Below, one piece after another: positions 8,928 to 19,080 of a stretch of DNA of 64,000 bases (within the stretch, counting starts at the first letter, position 1; every line of letters starts with the position of its first letter). This stretch comes from an uncultured Eubacteriales bacterium (lineage in GTDB: Bacteria > Bacillota > Clostridia > Oscillospirales > Butyricicoccaceae), in assembly GCA_910586105.1 (NCBI GenBank), contig CAJUGU010000002.1, forward strand, positions 1,797 through 65,796, read 5' to 3'. The notes under the pieces were generated by a model. The model searched no databases and was not told the origin of the DNA. It saw nothing but the letters and a program-made list of their open reading frames with translations. The position numbers were made by a program, and so were the translations under genes.

Positions 8928-11900
8928 TCACTTCAGGCTGGTGACGCCCATGTAGGTCATCAGCATCTGCGCGACCTGCGCGCGGCTCGCGTCCGCCGTC
9001 GGGGACAGCCTGCCATTCGCGCCGGAAATGATCCCGTTCTGGGTCGCCCACAGCATCGCGTCTCTTGCATAGCTGCTCACCGTGGATGCGTCGCTGAAGC
9101 CCAGTTCGCCCGAGACCGACGGGCTGCCTGCATAGTTCCAAAGGATCACGGCCAACTGTTCACGGGTGATCGGATCTTCCGGCCCGATCCTGCCGTTGCC
9201 ATAGCCCGAGATCAGGCCCTTGCCCGTCGCCCACTGGATCGCGCCGTAGTACCAGTCGTTTGCGCCGACATCCGCGAACGCATTGTTCACGCCCGCCGCC
9301 GGATTGTTTTCCAGATTGTGCAGTACCGTCGCGATCATGCCGCGCGTCATTACGCCGTCCGGTGTGAAGGCGCTGGCGCTCGTGCCGTTGAACAGGCCGC
9401 GGGCCGATGCGAAATCGACCGCGTTCTTGTGCCAGTCGCTGGCCAGCACGTCGATAAAGGATTTGCTGTTGTCTACGATCTTTACGGTCAGTTCGCCCGA
9501 GACCTTGAACGCAAGGCCGTCGTCGGTCGGGATGGACGCCTTGATCACCGTCTCTGCGCCGGAGGGCGAGACGACGACTGCAACCGTGCCCGCCGTGACG
9601 CCGCGCACCGGTACTTCAACCGCAACCGTCGTTCCCGACGGCAGAGTGACCGATACAGTCGGGGCCTTCGCCGCGGTGGAGCCCGGACGCACGGCCGGAA
9701 TCGGGAGCGCTACCGGGTCGCTGCCGCTGTCGCGGATCGTGCCGCTGGAAATGTTGACGCTGCTTTCGGTCGTGCCGTCGCGATCTACGGTCGTGGTCGC
9801 TTCCGTGCCATCCGGCTGGGTCAACGTCGTTTCCGAGGAGCCGTCCGGGTTTCCAACCGTCTTCGTGACCGTGCCGTCTGCTTCGCGGTCGGTCGTAGTG
9901 ACGGTGCCGTCCGGACGGGTGACGACTACGGTCTCGCTGCCGTCGGTGCGCTTGGTCGTCTCGGTGACGGTGCCGTCTTTGCCGGTCGTTGTTGTGACGG
10001 TCGAACCGTCGCTCTTGGTCTCGGTGTCGCTGCCGGTGTTCGGTACGATCGCCGTGCCGCCGCCGCCCGACGAGCTGCCGCCCGAAGAGGAAGGACGGTT
10101 GGTGACGGTCAGGGTGCCGTTGACATATACGATATCGTTATAGTTCGCCGGTTTCGATACGGCTGCGCCGCTTACCAGGATCGCTGTCGTGCCGACAACG
10201 TTCATGTTGGGGTCGGTCTCGTATGCGAGCGTCGGCGCGGTTGTGAGACTGTCGCCGCTCGCCAGACCGGTCACGGTGTAGGTCAACGCCGGTACGGACG
10301 CGCCTGTATAGGCGGTTTTGTCGTCCGCTGTGATGGTGACCGTTGCCTTCGCAACCGTCAGGACGTAGCTTGCGCGCCCTGCAATGTAATCATCTGTTGC
10401 GGCTGCGTCTGCCGTGATCGTCGTCTTGCCGACGCCAACGATCGTTACGTTGCCTTCCGCATCAACTTTGGCTACGTTTGTATCGGTGCTCGCATAAGTC
10501 AGCGTTCCCACCGCGCCTTCCGGAACCATGGCGAATACCGCGTCGCCATAGGTCTTTTCCACCGCCGAGGGGGTAAAGGTGATGTTTTGCAGTTCCTTGT
10601 CAGTGACGGTTACAGTAATCTCATCGCTGGTGTATGCATTATACTCCGGTTTTCCGTCGCCATTCACATCCAGCGCGGCGACCGTCACGCGAATGGTCAC
10701 TTCACCTATCGCACTACCAGAGGTCAGTACTTTGCCATCCAGTGCGGTGTCAGATGCACTGTTGCTATCAATCGCAAATGAAACTTCGCTGTTTGGCACA
10801 AGTCCCGTTACCAATGTAGACAGGTCAAGCGTGTTGCCGCCGATTTTCAGACCAGTCAACGTCTGCACCAGCGGGTCTTGCTCCGCCGCTTTAATTTCCC
10901 ACGCATACTTAACGGTATCGTCTACAGTCAGATTACCGTTATTCACCAATTCATAATTGGTATTATCATACTTTAGCGTTGCAACCGCGCTATAATTGCC
11001 GACGTAAGTCGCTGTATTGCTTTCATAAGTGGCTTCGACGTTCTCCGGCAGCGAGTTTGCAGCGATTGCTACTGTTTTCTCGGTGCCGTCGTAAGTAAAC
11101 TCTTTCCCGTCCCACGCAATGCTGGAAATATCAATTTGGGCTTTGTTTACCCGAATTCCTGAAATCGTCGCAGTCTTGCCCATATATGTTACGGTGACTG
11201 TCTTCGGCGTATCGCTTGCGTTGCCGAGGTTTTTGTTTTCGCCGTTTCCGTCTTCCACAGTGTAGCTCACATTGGAATCTGTAACCGGAATAACCTCAGT
11301 TCCATTATCCGCATATGTCGCTGTAATGGTTAATCCAGCAGGCTCAAACAGCTCACCGTACTGATATGTGGCCTTAGTAAGTGTGCCTGTGACTGCAATT
11401 CCCGTCAGCTCACGAGCCTTTACCGTGATAGACACTGTGCCTGTTGCATTGTTATAATTCGTTGTATTGTTAGGCGTAAATGTCCATGTATAGTCCTTTG
11501 TGCCTTCGGTAAGCGTTTGGTTGTCGTCCAGTTTGAAGGTACCGTTATCAGCATCCGCTCCATCGCCTTTCAGCGTTATACTCGAAAGTGGGGTCGTCGT
11601 ATAAACATCGCCTTCAACACTTACCGTACCAACAGCGGGATCTGCCTTGGTAATGGTTACTGTCACTGTAGCATCGCTTACAGTATAGTTTCCAGCATCC
11701 TTCCCCGTCAATGTAGGTGTAACGGTAACGGTATAAGTACCAGCATCAGACGAAGTCGTATTCCCTTCAGGGAGAGTGAATGTAACTTCGTCCCCTTCCA
11801 GCAGTCCATCTAAGGTGCCGCCTGTAGGCGTAACATTATTAGTACCATCGTAGGGACGGGTCGCGGTAGCACCAGTGACCGTCAGTTTCTTTGGGGTTAC

Positions 11901-13463
11901 GGTGACAGGTACTTCATATGTTACTGAAGCATATTTAGGATCTTCAGGCGTAAATAACGCCGTAAATGTTTTTGCAGGAATTACTACTGTACCAACATTT
12001 TGTTCAGGATTCAACCAAGACCAAGCACCTTGAATTTCAGAAGCACCCTCAGCACTCACAGAACCGCCGGTAAGCGTTGATTCATTCAAAGTGGCTCCAT
12101 ATGTTACATCTGCGGCTGTCGGTGCTTGATTGACTATTAGCTGAATTTTGGAGACATATTCATCTGTGCTCAGTGTCGGGTATGGGAAAGACAATGTATT
12201 GTCCCCGCTAATCCACGAGCCACTTTCAATGTGACTTGCTGAAAACGCAACGTCTGCAACACCCTCGCCCCAGCCGGAACCAGCTTTTGTCGTGCTGCCA
12301 ACCAGGAAAAAGTCTGTGTTTATCGTTGTTTGATCAGCCCATGTTACGTCCACCGCATACCATGCATCATCGATTTTAACATAGTTCCATGCATGCGCTC
12401 CGCCCTTCTGCGTACCACCTTCAGTTCCGCCAGCTGTGCCGCTCACATACACACATGGTATATCAAACTTATCACAAAGCAGCTTGAACGATGTTGCATA
12501 GCCTGCGCAAACCGTCTTGTTTGGTGACACCAAGCCGCTGTATGCTGACTGGTTAAACGGCGATTCCGTTGTTCCATCATATGTAATCAATTCACAGAGG
12601 GAATCATGAATTGCCCGAATCGTTTTGATGCTCTCATCAACATCAGTTAAATCCATTTTCTTCGCATTAACTTTATTTACAGCCGTTTCTACTGCCATCG
12701 AGAAGCTATTTGTATTCCAAATAGTTTCATCGACCGTATTGAAACTGAATTTAACATTGCTCACCTTCGAGTCTCCCGTGACGGTTGTTGCGCCAGCGCT
12801 GGTGCCAGGAATCGAATAGTTATATGAAGGGCCAAATCCGCTCCCTTTAAGCCACGGCATTTCCGGATGGTCTTTTTCCAGCGCCAAATACGCCGCTGTT
12901 ACATTGTCACGAAACCAAGTCTGTACTTCCGCCTTCGATTCATCCGTAAAGCTCCACTCATTATCTTTTTTTTCAAAAGAGAGATTTGTAAATGTAGGCT
13001 CAATGGAAAGATCAATACTCGCTATCGGAGTTGCAAACTTCGTTTTCATCTCGTCATACATAGCTTGTGCTTCTGGCTCTAGCTGTGCTCGATACGCCTC
13101 ATATACACCATCAGCAGACTTTGTAAACGCATCGTTCCATTGTGACAATACGAAAAATGATATTCCAAAATCATCATCCGGAAACTCTGTTGCTTCTGTA
13201 TCGAAGAAGCCATCCGTTTCGATTATGATTTCTGGTTCATCATCTTCCTCATCGTTCTTTTCATCTGGCTCTTCTTCCAAATCCTCGTCTTCCTCTGGGA
13301 CTTCCTCGTTGTCCGGGTCGTTGTTTTCGTCCCCCAAAGTTTGCGAAATCGCAGGCTCCTCCTCATCCGGGTGTGGGTCGTCTTCTGCCGCGTAAGCTCC
13401 CACCGGGAACATCGCCAGCAGGACGGCAAACGCCGTCAACATACTTAGCAATCGTTTCTTCAC
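8928..13463 (-). CDS. S-layer homology (SLH) anchored surface protein with transglutaminase-like domain and Ig-like/YDG/MBG repeats
   Basis: GTG start after AGGAGG; signal peptide; acidic linker; VCAGYA...HAWNYV...AVDVTW triad; Thr-rich Ig-like stalk; DG(S/T) repeats; three SLH repeats (MTRGMIA, ITREQLA, ASRAQVA). Confidence 0.9.
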   Translation of the reverse strand: MKKRLLSMLTAFAVLLAMFPVGAYAAEDDPHPDEEEPAISQTLGDENNDPDNEEVPEEDEDLEEEPDEKNDEEDDEPEIIIETDGFFDTEATEFPDDDFGISFFVLSQWNDAFTKSADGVYEAYRAQLEPEAQAMYDEMKTKFATPIASIDLSIEPTFTNLSFEKKDNEWSFTDESKAEVQTWFRDNVTAAYLALEKDHPEMPWLKGSGFGPSYNYSIPGTSAGATTVTGDSKVSNVKFSFNTVDETIWNTNSFSMAVETAVNKVNAKKMDLTDVDESIKTIRAIHDSLCELITYDGTTESPFNQSAYSGLVSPNKTVCAGYATSFKLLCDKFDIPCVYVSGTAGGTEGGTQKGGAHAWNYVKIDDAWYAVDVTWADQTTINTDFFLVGSTTKAGSGWGEGVADVAFSASHIESGSWISGDNTLSFPYPTLSTDEYVSKIQLIVNQAPTAADVTYGATLNESTLTGGSVSAEGASEIQGAWSWLNPEQNVGTVVIPAKTFTALFTPEDPKYASVTYEVPVTVTPKKLTVTGATATRPYDGTNNVTPTGGTLDGLLEGDEVTFTLPEGNTTSSDAGTYTVTVTPTLTGKDAGNYTVSDATVTVTITKADPAVGTVSVEGDVYTTTPLSSITLKGDGADADNGTFKLDDNQTLTEGTKDYTWTFTPNNTTNYNNATGTVSITVKARELTGIAVTGTLTKATYQYGELFEPAGLTITATYADNGTEVIPVTDSNVSYTVEDGNGENKNLGNASDTPKTVTVTYMGKTATISGIRVNKAQIDISSIAWDGKEFTYDGTEKTVAIAANSLPENVEATYESNTATYVGNYSAVATLKYDNTNYELVNNGNLTVDDTVKYAWEIKAAEQDPLVQTLTGLKIGGNTLDLSTLVTGLVPNSEVSFAIDSNSASDTALDGKVLTSGSAIGEVTIRVTVAALDVNGDGKPEYNAYTSDEITVTVTDKELQNITFTPSAVEKTYGDAVFAMVPEGAVGTLTYASTDTNVAKVDAEGNVTIVGVGKTTITADAAATDDYIAGRASYVLTVAKATVTITADDKTAYTGASVPALTYTVTGLASGDSLTTAPTLAYETDPNMNVVGTTAILVSGAAVSKPANYNDIVYVNGTLTVTNRPSSSGGSSSGGGGTAIVPNTGSDTETKSDGSTVTTTTGKDGTVTETTKRTDGSETVVVTRPDGTVTTTDREADGTVTKTVGNPDGSSETTLTQPDGTEATTTVDRDGTTESSVNISSGTIRDSGSDPVALPIPAVRPGSTAAKAPTVSVTLPSGTTVAVEVPVRGVTAGTVAVVVSPSGAETVIKASIPTDDGLAFKVSGELTVKIVDNSKSFIDVLASDWHKNAVDFASARGLFNGTSASAFTPDGVMTRGMIATVLHNLENNPAAGVNNAFADVGANDWYYGAIQWATGKGLISGYGNGRIGPEDPITREQLAVILWNYAGSPSVSGELGFSDASTVSSYARDAMLWATQNGIISGANGRLSPTADASRAQVAQMLMTYMGVTSLK

Positions 13464-13627
13464 CTGAATATTCCTCCTTAATATTTTGATCTGAGCAGGT
13501 ATCGCATAAATCGACGCTCCCATTTTATCATATTTTTCAGGATTTGACAAGAGCTTCCCCGCGTTTTTTCCACCCGAAAACACAAAAACCGGGAAGGACT
13601 TACCGTCCTTCCCGTCCTTTGCACATT

Positions 13628-14434
13628 TTAAGTATGCGTTGCGAACCACCAGCCGAGCACATACAGCGCGTAAGCGTGCGCCGGATAATAGCTGTAAAAC
13701 AGCCATTTGCAGCGGTGTTTCCCCGGTTTGCCGTTATACAGACAGATCAATCCCACCGCGGCGAACGTGCAGGCGACATACAGCAGCAGATCCCACGTCA
13801 CCTTGGCCAGCGCCAACTGTACCCCGCTGAAAACCGCCATCGCAAGGACGGTCTTCCATTTGCTGCGGCGGGTATAATAGAATGCGATGCCCAAAACCAC
13901 GAACAGGAAACTCCCTTCGCAGGTGAACGGGTTTGGCAGCAGCAGGAACCCGGCCTGCATCAGCCGCAGCGGCGCGTCCGGGACGAGCATCGCCGCGATC
14001 ACGGCGGCGGTCGCGGCCAGCATGCCGCCGAGCATCAACGCCCCCAGCCAGCGCGGTTTGCCGGCGTCCGCGCCCCGCAGCAGTTCGAGGCCCTCGACGC
14101 ACCAGCAAATGACGAACATCGTCGAAAAAATATCATTCATGATCGCGACCCCATCCGGCCGCGGCAGCGCCAGGTTGAGCGTCATGCTGGCGAGCTTCAT
14201 GAGCACCGAAAAGCTGTACATCCGCAGCAGGTACTTCCACCGGCTGCGCGTGTAGGAAAAGCCTTCCACGCACAGGAACACGAACACCGGCGCGGCCAGC
14301 CGCCCGATCAGCGTCAGCAGATACGGCACGCCCATCGACTCGGGCATAAAATAATGGATGTGGTCAATCGTCATGATCGCCAGCGCGAGCAGCTTGAGCT
14401 GGAACCCGTCCAGCCCCCGTTTCAAACCTTCCAT
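13628..14434 (-). CDS. TraX family membrane protein (putative acyltransferase)
   Basis: LKLLALAIMTIDH, GRLAAPVF...EGFSYT, YNGKPG...FYSYYPAH. Confidence 0.85.
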   Translation of the reverse strand: MEGLKRGLDGFQLKLLALAIMTIDHIHYFMPESMGVPYLLTLIGRLAAPVFVFLCVEGFSYTRSRWKYLLRMYSFSVLMKLASMTLNLALPRPDGVAIMNDIFSTMFVICWCVEGLELLRGADAGKPRWLGALMLGGMLAATAAVIAAMLVPDAPLRLMQAGFLLLPNPFTCEGSFLFVVLGIAFYYTRRSKWKTVLAMAVFSGVQLALAKVTWDLLLYVACTFAAVGLICLYNGKPGKHRCKWLFYSYYPAHAYALYVLGWWFATHT

Positions 14435-14640
14435 TGGTCATCCTCCCAATTCCTTGTTGTCACGTTGTACGTGTGTATTATATGCATAGTATAATATCAC
14501 GCACTCCCTCCCTTGTCAACCCCCAGCGCAAAATTTCCACGCCGCCCGCGCCGCCCGGATATTCCCGACTTTTTGGCGATTTTCCGCTTGTGTTATGCTG
14601 GAAAATGCAGTATACTAGGAAGGGTAAATCTTAATCTTAT

Positions 14641-15330
14641 ATGGAGGAATCAACCTTGCTGGTCAACTCCCTGTTCAATGACGGGCTGCGCGGGCTGCTG
14701 GTCACGCTGCTGCTGACGCTCCCCGCCATCGTCCTTTGCTTATCCATCCATGAGCTGTGCCACGGCCTGGCCGCCTATGCGCTGGGCGACCGCACCGCCG
14801 CCAACCAGGGGCGGCTGACGCTCGATCCCATGGCGCATATCGACCCCCTTGGCTTCCTGTGCATGCTGCTGCTGGGGTTCGGGTGGGCGCGGCCCGTTCC
14901 CGTCAATATTTCCAGCTTTAAAAACAGACGCCTGGGAATGGCGGTCACGGCTGCGGCCGGCCCGCTTTCCAACTTTATCCTTGGCTTCCTCAGCTATCTG
15001 GCGTTCTTTGCCATCACGTATGCGACGCGGGAAGCCGCCGGGACGCTCGGGCTGTTCGCCTGGGTCGTCGCGCTGTTCTTCCGGTATCTTGCCAGCCTGT
15101 CCATCGGGCTGGGCGCCTTCAACCTGCTGCCCGTCTACCCGCTGGACGGCTCCCGGATCCTGGACGGCTTCCTGCCGCTCAAATGGTCCATGCGGCTCCA
15201 GCAGTACCAGACCTACCTGCTGTTCGGGCTGATCCTGCTGATGTGGTTCGGTGGTACCGGCATCCTGATCGGCACCGTGAACGGCTGGGTCTGGGGCGCG
15301 GCCTATCGCGTGTTCGCGCTGTTCGTATAA
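14641..15330 (+). CDS. Site-2 protease family (M50) membrane metalloprotease
   Basis: HELCH, AGPLSN, NLLPVYPLDG. Confidence 0.92.
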   Translation: MEESTLLVNSLFNDGLRGLLVTLLLTLPAIVLCLSIHELCHGLAAYALGDRTAANQGRLTLDPMAHIDPLGFLCMLLLGFGWARPVPVNISSFKNRRLGMAVTAAAGPLSNFILGFLSYLAFFAITYATREAAGTLGLFAWVVALFFRYLASLSIGLGAFNLLPVYPLDGSRILDGFLPLKWSMRLQQYQTYLLFGLILLMWFGGTGILIGTVNGWVWGAAYRVFALFV

Positions 15331-15332
15331 CC

Positions 15333-16061
15333 ATGGCGGCAGAAATGACCTTCCATTTGGACGCCTTCGACGGGCCGCTCGACCTGCTCCTCCACCTGAT
15401 CTCCAAAAACAAGGTGTCGATCTACGATATCCCGATCGCGGAGATCTGCGAGCAGTATATGGCGGTGCTGGACGAAGCGCGGCGGATGGATATGGATATC
15501 GCGGGCGATTTTATCGCGATGGCGGCCCAGCTGATCTATATCAAATCCAAGATGCTCCTGCCCGTCTATGAGGACGAGGAGGAGGAAGACCCCCGCCGTC
15601 AGCTGGTCGAAATGCTGCTGGAATACCAGCGCATCAAGGAAATGACCCCCTATTTCCGGCAGCAGAGCGAGCTCGGGAGGGATATCTACGTCAAGCCGCC
15701 GGAGATCGCCGACCGGAACGCCCCGGTGCAGTACCGGCACTCGGTCGACGACCTGCTCAAAGCCGCCCGGGCGCTGCTCGAAAAAGCGCAGCAGCGGGTG
15801 CCGCCTTCGGCGCGCGCGTTCAAAGGCATCGTCGGGCGCGAGCCCGCGCCGGTCGAGGAAAAGATCACGATGATCCTGCACCGTTTTTTACGGCATACCC
15901 GGCTGAAATTCCGGCAGCTGTTTGAGAGCGCGCAAAACCGGTCCGAGATCGTGGCGACGTTTTTGGCGGTGCTCGAGCTTTCCAAGACCCGCCGCCTGAT
16001 GATTGAGGGCGACGGTGAAGACGTGGAGCTGTATTTGACGGATAAGGAGGACGCCGGATGA
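15333..16061 (+). CDS. scpA: Segregation and condensation protein A
   Basis: FDGPLDLLLHLI...KSKMLLP...FLAVLEL. Confidence 0.95.
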   Translation: MAAEMTFHLDAFDGPLDLLLHLISKNKVSIYDIPIAEICEQYMAVLDEARRMDMDIAGDFIAMAAQLIYIKSKMLLPVYEDEEEEDPRRQLVEMLLEYQRIKEMTPYFRQQSELGRDIYVKPPEIADRNAPVQYRHSVDDLLKAARALLEKAQQRVPPSARAFKGIVGREPAPVEEKITMILHRFLRHTRLKFRQLFESAQNRSEIVATFLAVLELSKTRRLMIEGDGEDVELYLTDKEDAG

Positions 16062-16777
16062 AGGAACTCGAAGCGCGGCTGGAAGCCGTGTTGTTCGCGG
16101 CGGGCGACGCGGTCAGCGTGGAACGGCTTGCGAACGCGCTGGGCGTCGCGACCGAGCTGGTGTATGAGACCGCCTCGTCGCTGGCCAGCCAATATGATTT
16201 CGACCGCCGCGGCATCCTGCTTGCGCGCATGGAGGACCGGCTCCAGCTGGCAAGCCGTCCCGATTATGCCGAGGATATCCGGCGGGTCACCGAAAGCCGC
16301 CGCCCTCCCTCGCTCGGGCCCGCCGCGCTCGAAGTGCTGACGATCGTCGCCTACCGCCAGCCGGTCACGCGCGCATTCGTCGAACAGCTGCGCGGGGTCG
16401 ATTCGGGCGCTACCGTCTCCTCGCTCGCCGAAAAAGGGCTGATCGAGGAGGCAGGCCGGTTGGATGTGCCCGGTCGCCCGATCCTCTATCGGACGACCGA
16501 TGCGTTTTTGCGCGCGTTCTCCATTTCCAGCCTGGAGGAGCTGCCCGCCCTTCCGGCGCTGCAAACGGATAACGAACAGCTGACCCTGGACGACCTCGCC
16601 GACCGGATCGAACAAGGGTCCGAAACACCGGCGGAGCCTTCGGGGCAGACGCCGGATGCGTCCGGACGCGCGGATCCGATCGAGCGCTCCGGACCGGCTG
16701 AACAGACGGAACGGTCGGAGCCGTCAACACAGGCGGAAGCTCCCGATCGCGAGCCGTCGCCCTCTGACGAAGCATAA
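16058..16777 (+). CDS. scpB: SMC-Scp complex subunit ScpB
   Basis: LEAVLF, LEVLTIVAYRQPVTR...RGVDS, PGRPILYRTT; ATGA overlap with scpA. Confidence 0.95.
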   Translation: MKELEARLEAVLFAAGDAVSVERLANALGVATELVYETASSLASQYDFDRRGILLARMEDRLQLASRPDYAEDIRRVTESRRPPSLGPAALEVLTIVAYRQPVTRAFVEQLRGVDSGATVSSLAEKGLIEEAGRLDVPGRPILYRTTDAFLRAFSISSLEELPALPALQTDNEQLTLDDLADRIEQGSETPAEPSGQTPDASGRADPIERSGPAEQTERSEPSTQAEAPDREPSPSDEA

Positions 16778-16797
16778 CTTTCAGGAAGTGAATTATC

Positions 16798-17736
16798 ATG
16801 GAACAAATCGAACAACTTGCAGCACCTCTCGCGGCCATATTCTTGCTTTTGGTCGTCCTCCTTGTATGGTATGCCGCCGTGCGCCGTAAGGCCGCGCAGC
16901 CGGCGCCGCCGGAGGAAACGCCGCAGCCCATCCTTTCGGACGACCAGCTGCCGCCGCCCCCCGACCTGCGTCCCAAGCCGTGGCTTTCGGATTCCCCCAA
17001 GGCAATGCTCGACGGGGCGATCCATGACGATTTCGTCCGGCTGCTCGACCGGTTCATTTCGATCGTGCTGAAGGAAAAGGATGTCAGCGTCAGCGTCCTG
17101 ATGCAGCTGACCGGCTACCATCAGGCGGCGAAGTTCGTCGACCATATGGAGATGATGGGGCTGATCGGGCCTTCCGGGCTTACCCAGCCCCGGGAGATCT
17201 TTATCACCGAGGAGCAATACCAGAATGTCCTGCGCAAGCGGCTTTTCCGCTACCGTACCGAGCTGGAGGTGCCCGAGACCGAGTTCGTCACGGCGCTGCT
17301 CGACCGGCTGAAGCGGGATATCGTGCTGATCCGCAACGGCACGCTGACCGCCGACACGCTGAGCGACGACCTGCTCGCCGACATCGACCCGATGGACGAC
17401 GCCGAATTTGAAGCATGGTGCACCGACCTGCTGACCAAGCTCGGGTATCGCCTCGAACCGCTGAAGGTGCGCAATCACGGCGCGCACATCCTGATGGAAA
17501 AGGACGATGTGCTGTACGCGATGCGGTGCGTCGGCAGCGCGACCGAGCTGGACGATCTTGCGGTGCACGAGGTCTTTTCGAGCCAGCGCTACTATGGGCG
17601 GCACGTCGCCATCCTGATGACCAACCAGACGCTCTCGCCGGACGCCCACAAGCTGGCGCAGGAGCTGAATATCCTGCTGTGGGACCGGAATAAATTGAAG
17701 CTCTTGATCGAAAGGGTCAGCCTGCTCCCCTTCTGA
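16798..17736 (+). CDS. Membrane-anchored protein with FtsK-gamma winged helix and degenerate Mrr-like restriction endonuclease domain
   Basis: N-terminal TM; SVSVLMQLTGYHQAAKFVDHMEMMGLIGP...PREI (FtsK gamma); EFEAWCTDLLTKLGY...MTNQTLSPDAHKLA...LWDR (Mrr_cat fold). Confidence 0.75.
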   Translation: MEQIEQLAAPLAAIFLLLVVLLVWYAAVRRKAAQPAPPEETPQPILSDDQLPPPPDLRPKPWLSDSPKAMLDGAIHDDFVRLLDRFISIVLKEKDVSVSVLMQLTGYHQAAKFVDHMEMMGLIGPSGLTQPREIFITEEQYQNVLRKRLFRYRTELEVPETEFVTALLDRLKRDIVLIRNGTLTADTLSDDLLADIDPMDDAEFEAWCTDLLTKLGYRLEPLKVRNHGAHILMEKDDVLYAMRCVGSATELDDLAVHEVFSSQRYYGRHVAILMTNQTLSPDAHKLAQELNILLWDRNKLKLLIERVSLLPF

Positions 17737-17819
17737 CGGCTGAACGCGCAGGCGTTTGACCGTGCCCGGCGGCAGGCCTGAACGGGGCGGATCGAAGGAG
17801 GTCGTTTGCAATCCTGAAA

Positions 17820-18512
17820 GTGCTCACATATCTTGCGGCGGCCGTCGTCGGGCTCCCCCTCCTGCTGGCGCTGCTGCTTTTGCTGGCGCTGATCCCACGT
17901 GTCCGCGTCGATGTTGACAAGGCGCAGACAGGGCCGCTCGCGCTTGCGGTCCGCTATGGCTGGATCAAAATACGGCTGCTCCCGCGAAAACCGAAACCGT
18001 CCAAAAAGGCCGCGCCTGCGAAACCCAAACCGAAGGCCCCGCCGAAAAAGCCGAAAGAAAAGAAGGCGAAGGAGGGCGGCTTTTCGGCAAAGGGGCTGGA
18101 TATCGGGGATACGGCCTGTCTCGCGCTCGACCTGCTGATCGAGCTGCGAAACCGGCTGAAGATCCACCGGCTGCGCGCCGACGTGATGCTTGCAACGGGC
18201 GACGCGGCAAAAACGGGCGTCCTGCTTGGGCAAATCGCGGCGATATCCGGTATGGTTTTACCGTTTTTGGAGCAGAATTTTGTCATACCGGATTTTCGGA
18301 TCGCCGTCGACGGCGATTTCCAGTGTGAAGGACCGGCGACGCGCGCCGCGTTTGCGGTCTCGGTTTCCATACGGCCGATCCATCTGCCGCTGCTCCTGCT
18401 GAAATACCGGCGGAAGCTGCTGGCGCTTTACCGCAGCCTGCGCGTTGCTCCGGCGGCGGGACAAACGAAGGAAAACCCATCGAATGATATGAAAAAGGAG
18501 AATGCAACATGA
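17820..18512 (+). CDS. YtfI-like (DUF2953) sporulation-associated membrane protein
   Basis: N-terminal TM, Lys-rich linker, GDAAKTGVLLG motif; directly upstream of ytfJ; start uncertain. Confidence 0.7.
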   Translation: MLTYLAAAVVGLPLLLALLLLLALIPRVRVDVDKAQTGPLALAVRYGWIKIRLLPRKPKPSKKAAPAKPKPKAPPKKPKEKKAKEGGFSAKGLDIGDTACLALDLLIELRNRLKIHRLRADVMLATGDAAKTGVLLGQIAAISGMVLPFLEQNFVIPDFRIAVDGDFQCEGPATRAAFAVSVSIRPIHLPLLLLKYRRKLLALYRSLRVAPAAGQTKENPSNDMKKENAT

Positions 18513-18949
18513 ACGAACATCCGATTCAGAACCTGATGACGGAAACCATGGAAAAAATCAAGAAGATGGTCGATGTGAATACCATTATTGGGACGCCTAT
18601 CACCACGCCGGACGGTACAACAGTGATCCCGGTCTCAAAGGTCACGTTCGGGTTCGGCTCTGGCGGCAGCGATTTTGTCTCGCGCAACGCGAAGGATGCT
18701 TCGCCGGTCTGTTTTGGCGGCGGCGGCGGCGCGGGGGTCACGGTCACGCCGGTCTGCTTTTTGATTATCAATTCCACGGGCGCGAACATCCTGCCGATCA
18801 ATGCGCAGGCGGTCACTTCGGTCGACCGGCTGATCGAAATGCTGCCGACGGCGGTCAACAAGGTTTCGGCCTTTGTGGAGAACCGCAAGGGCGCGAAAGA
18901 GGGCGCTGCGGAAGCCTCTGCGCCTGTGGCGGACGGGTCGGAAGGCTGA
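18509..18949 (+). CDS. ytfJ: GerW/YtfJ family sporulation protein
   Basis: MVDVNTIIGTPI...IPVSKVTFGFGSGGSDF...FGGGGGAGV. Confidence 0.93.
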   Translation: MNEHPIQNLMTETMEKIKKMVDVNTIIGTPITTPDGTTVIPVSKVTFGFGSGGSDFVSRNAKDASPVCFGGGGGAGVTVTPVCFLIINSTGANILPINAQAVTSVDRLIEMLPTAVNKVSAFVENRKGAKEGAAEASAPVADGSEG

Positions 18950-19080
18950 GTTCCCGGGGGCGCGGGGCGGATACGCGGCGATGCGTGACGCCCTGCGCCT
19001 TTCGCGTTTTTTTTGTGCATATCCGCCGGGATCTGCCCGTACAGTAAAGGAGTAGGTACTTTCGGAAAGGCGGGGGATGT

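Noticed and set aside
13628..14434. TraX as evidence of a conjugative element
   Set aside because: No relaxase, T4SS or integrase nearby; TraX-like genes are common chromosomal orphans
16798..17736. Active restriction or SMC-like (Wadjet) defence system
   Set aside because: Catalytic residues appear substituted, and scpAB sit in their housekeeping context with no jetCD-like genes
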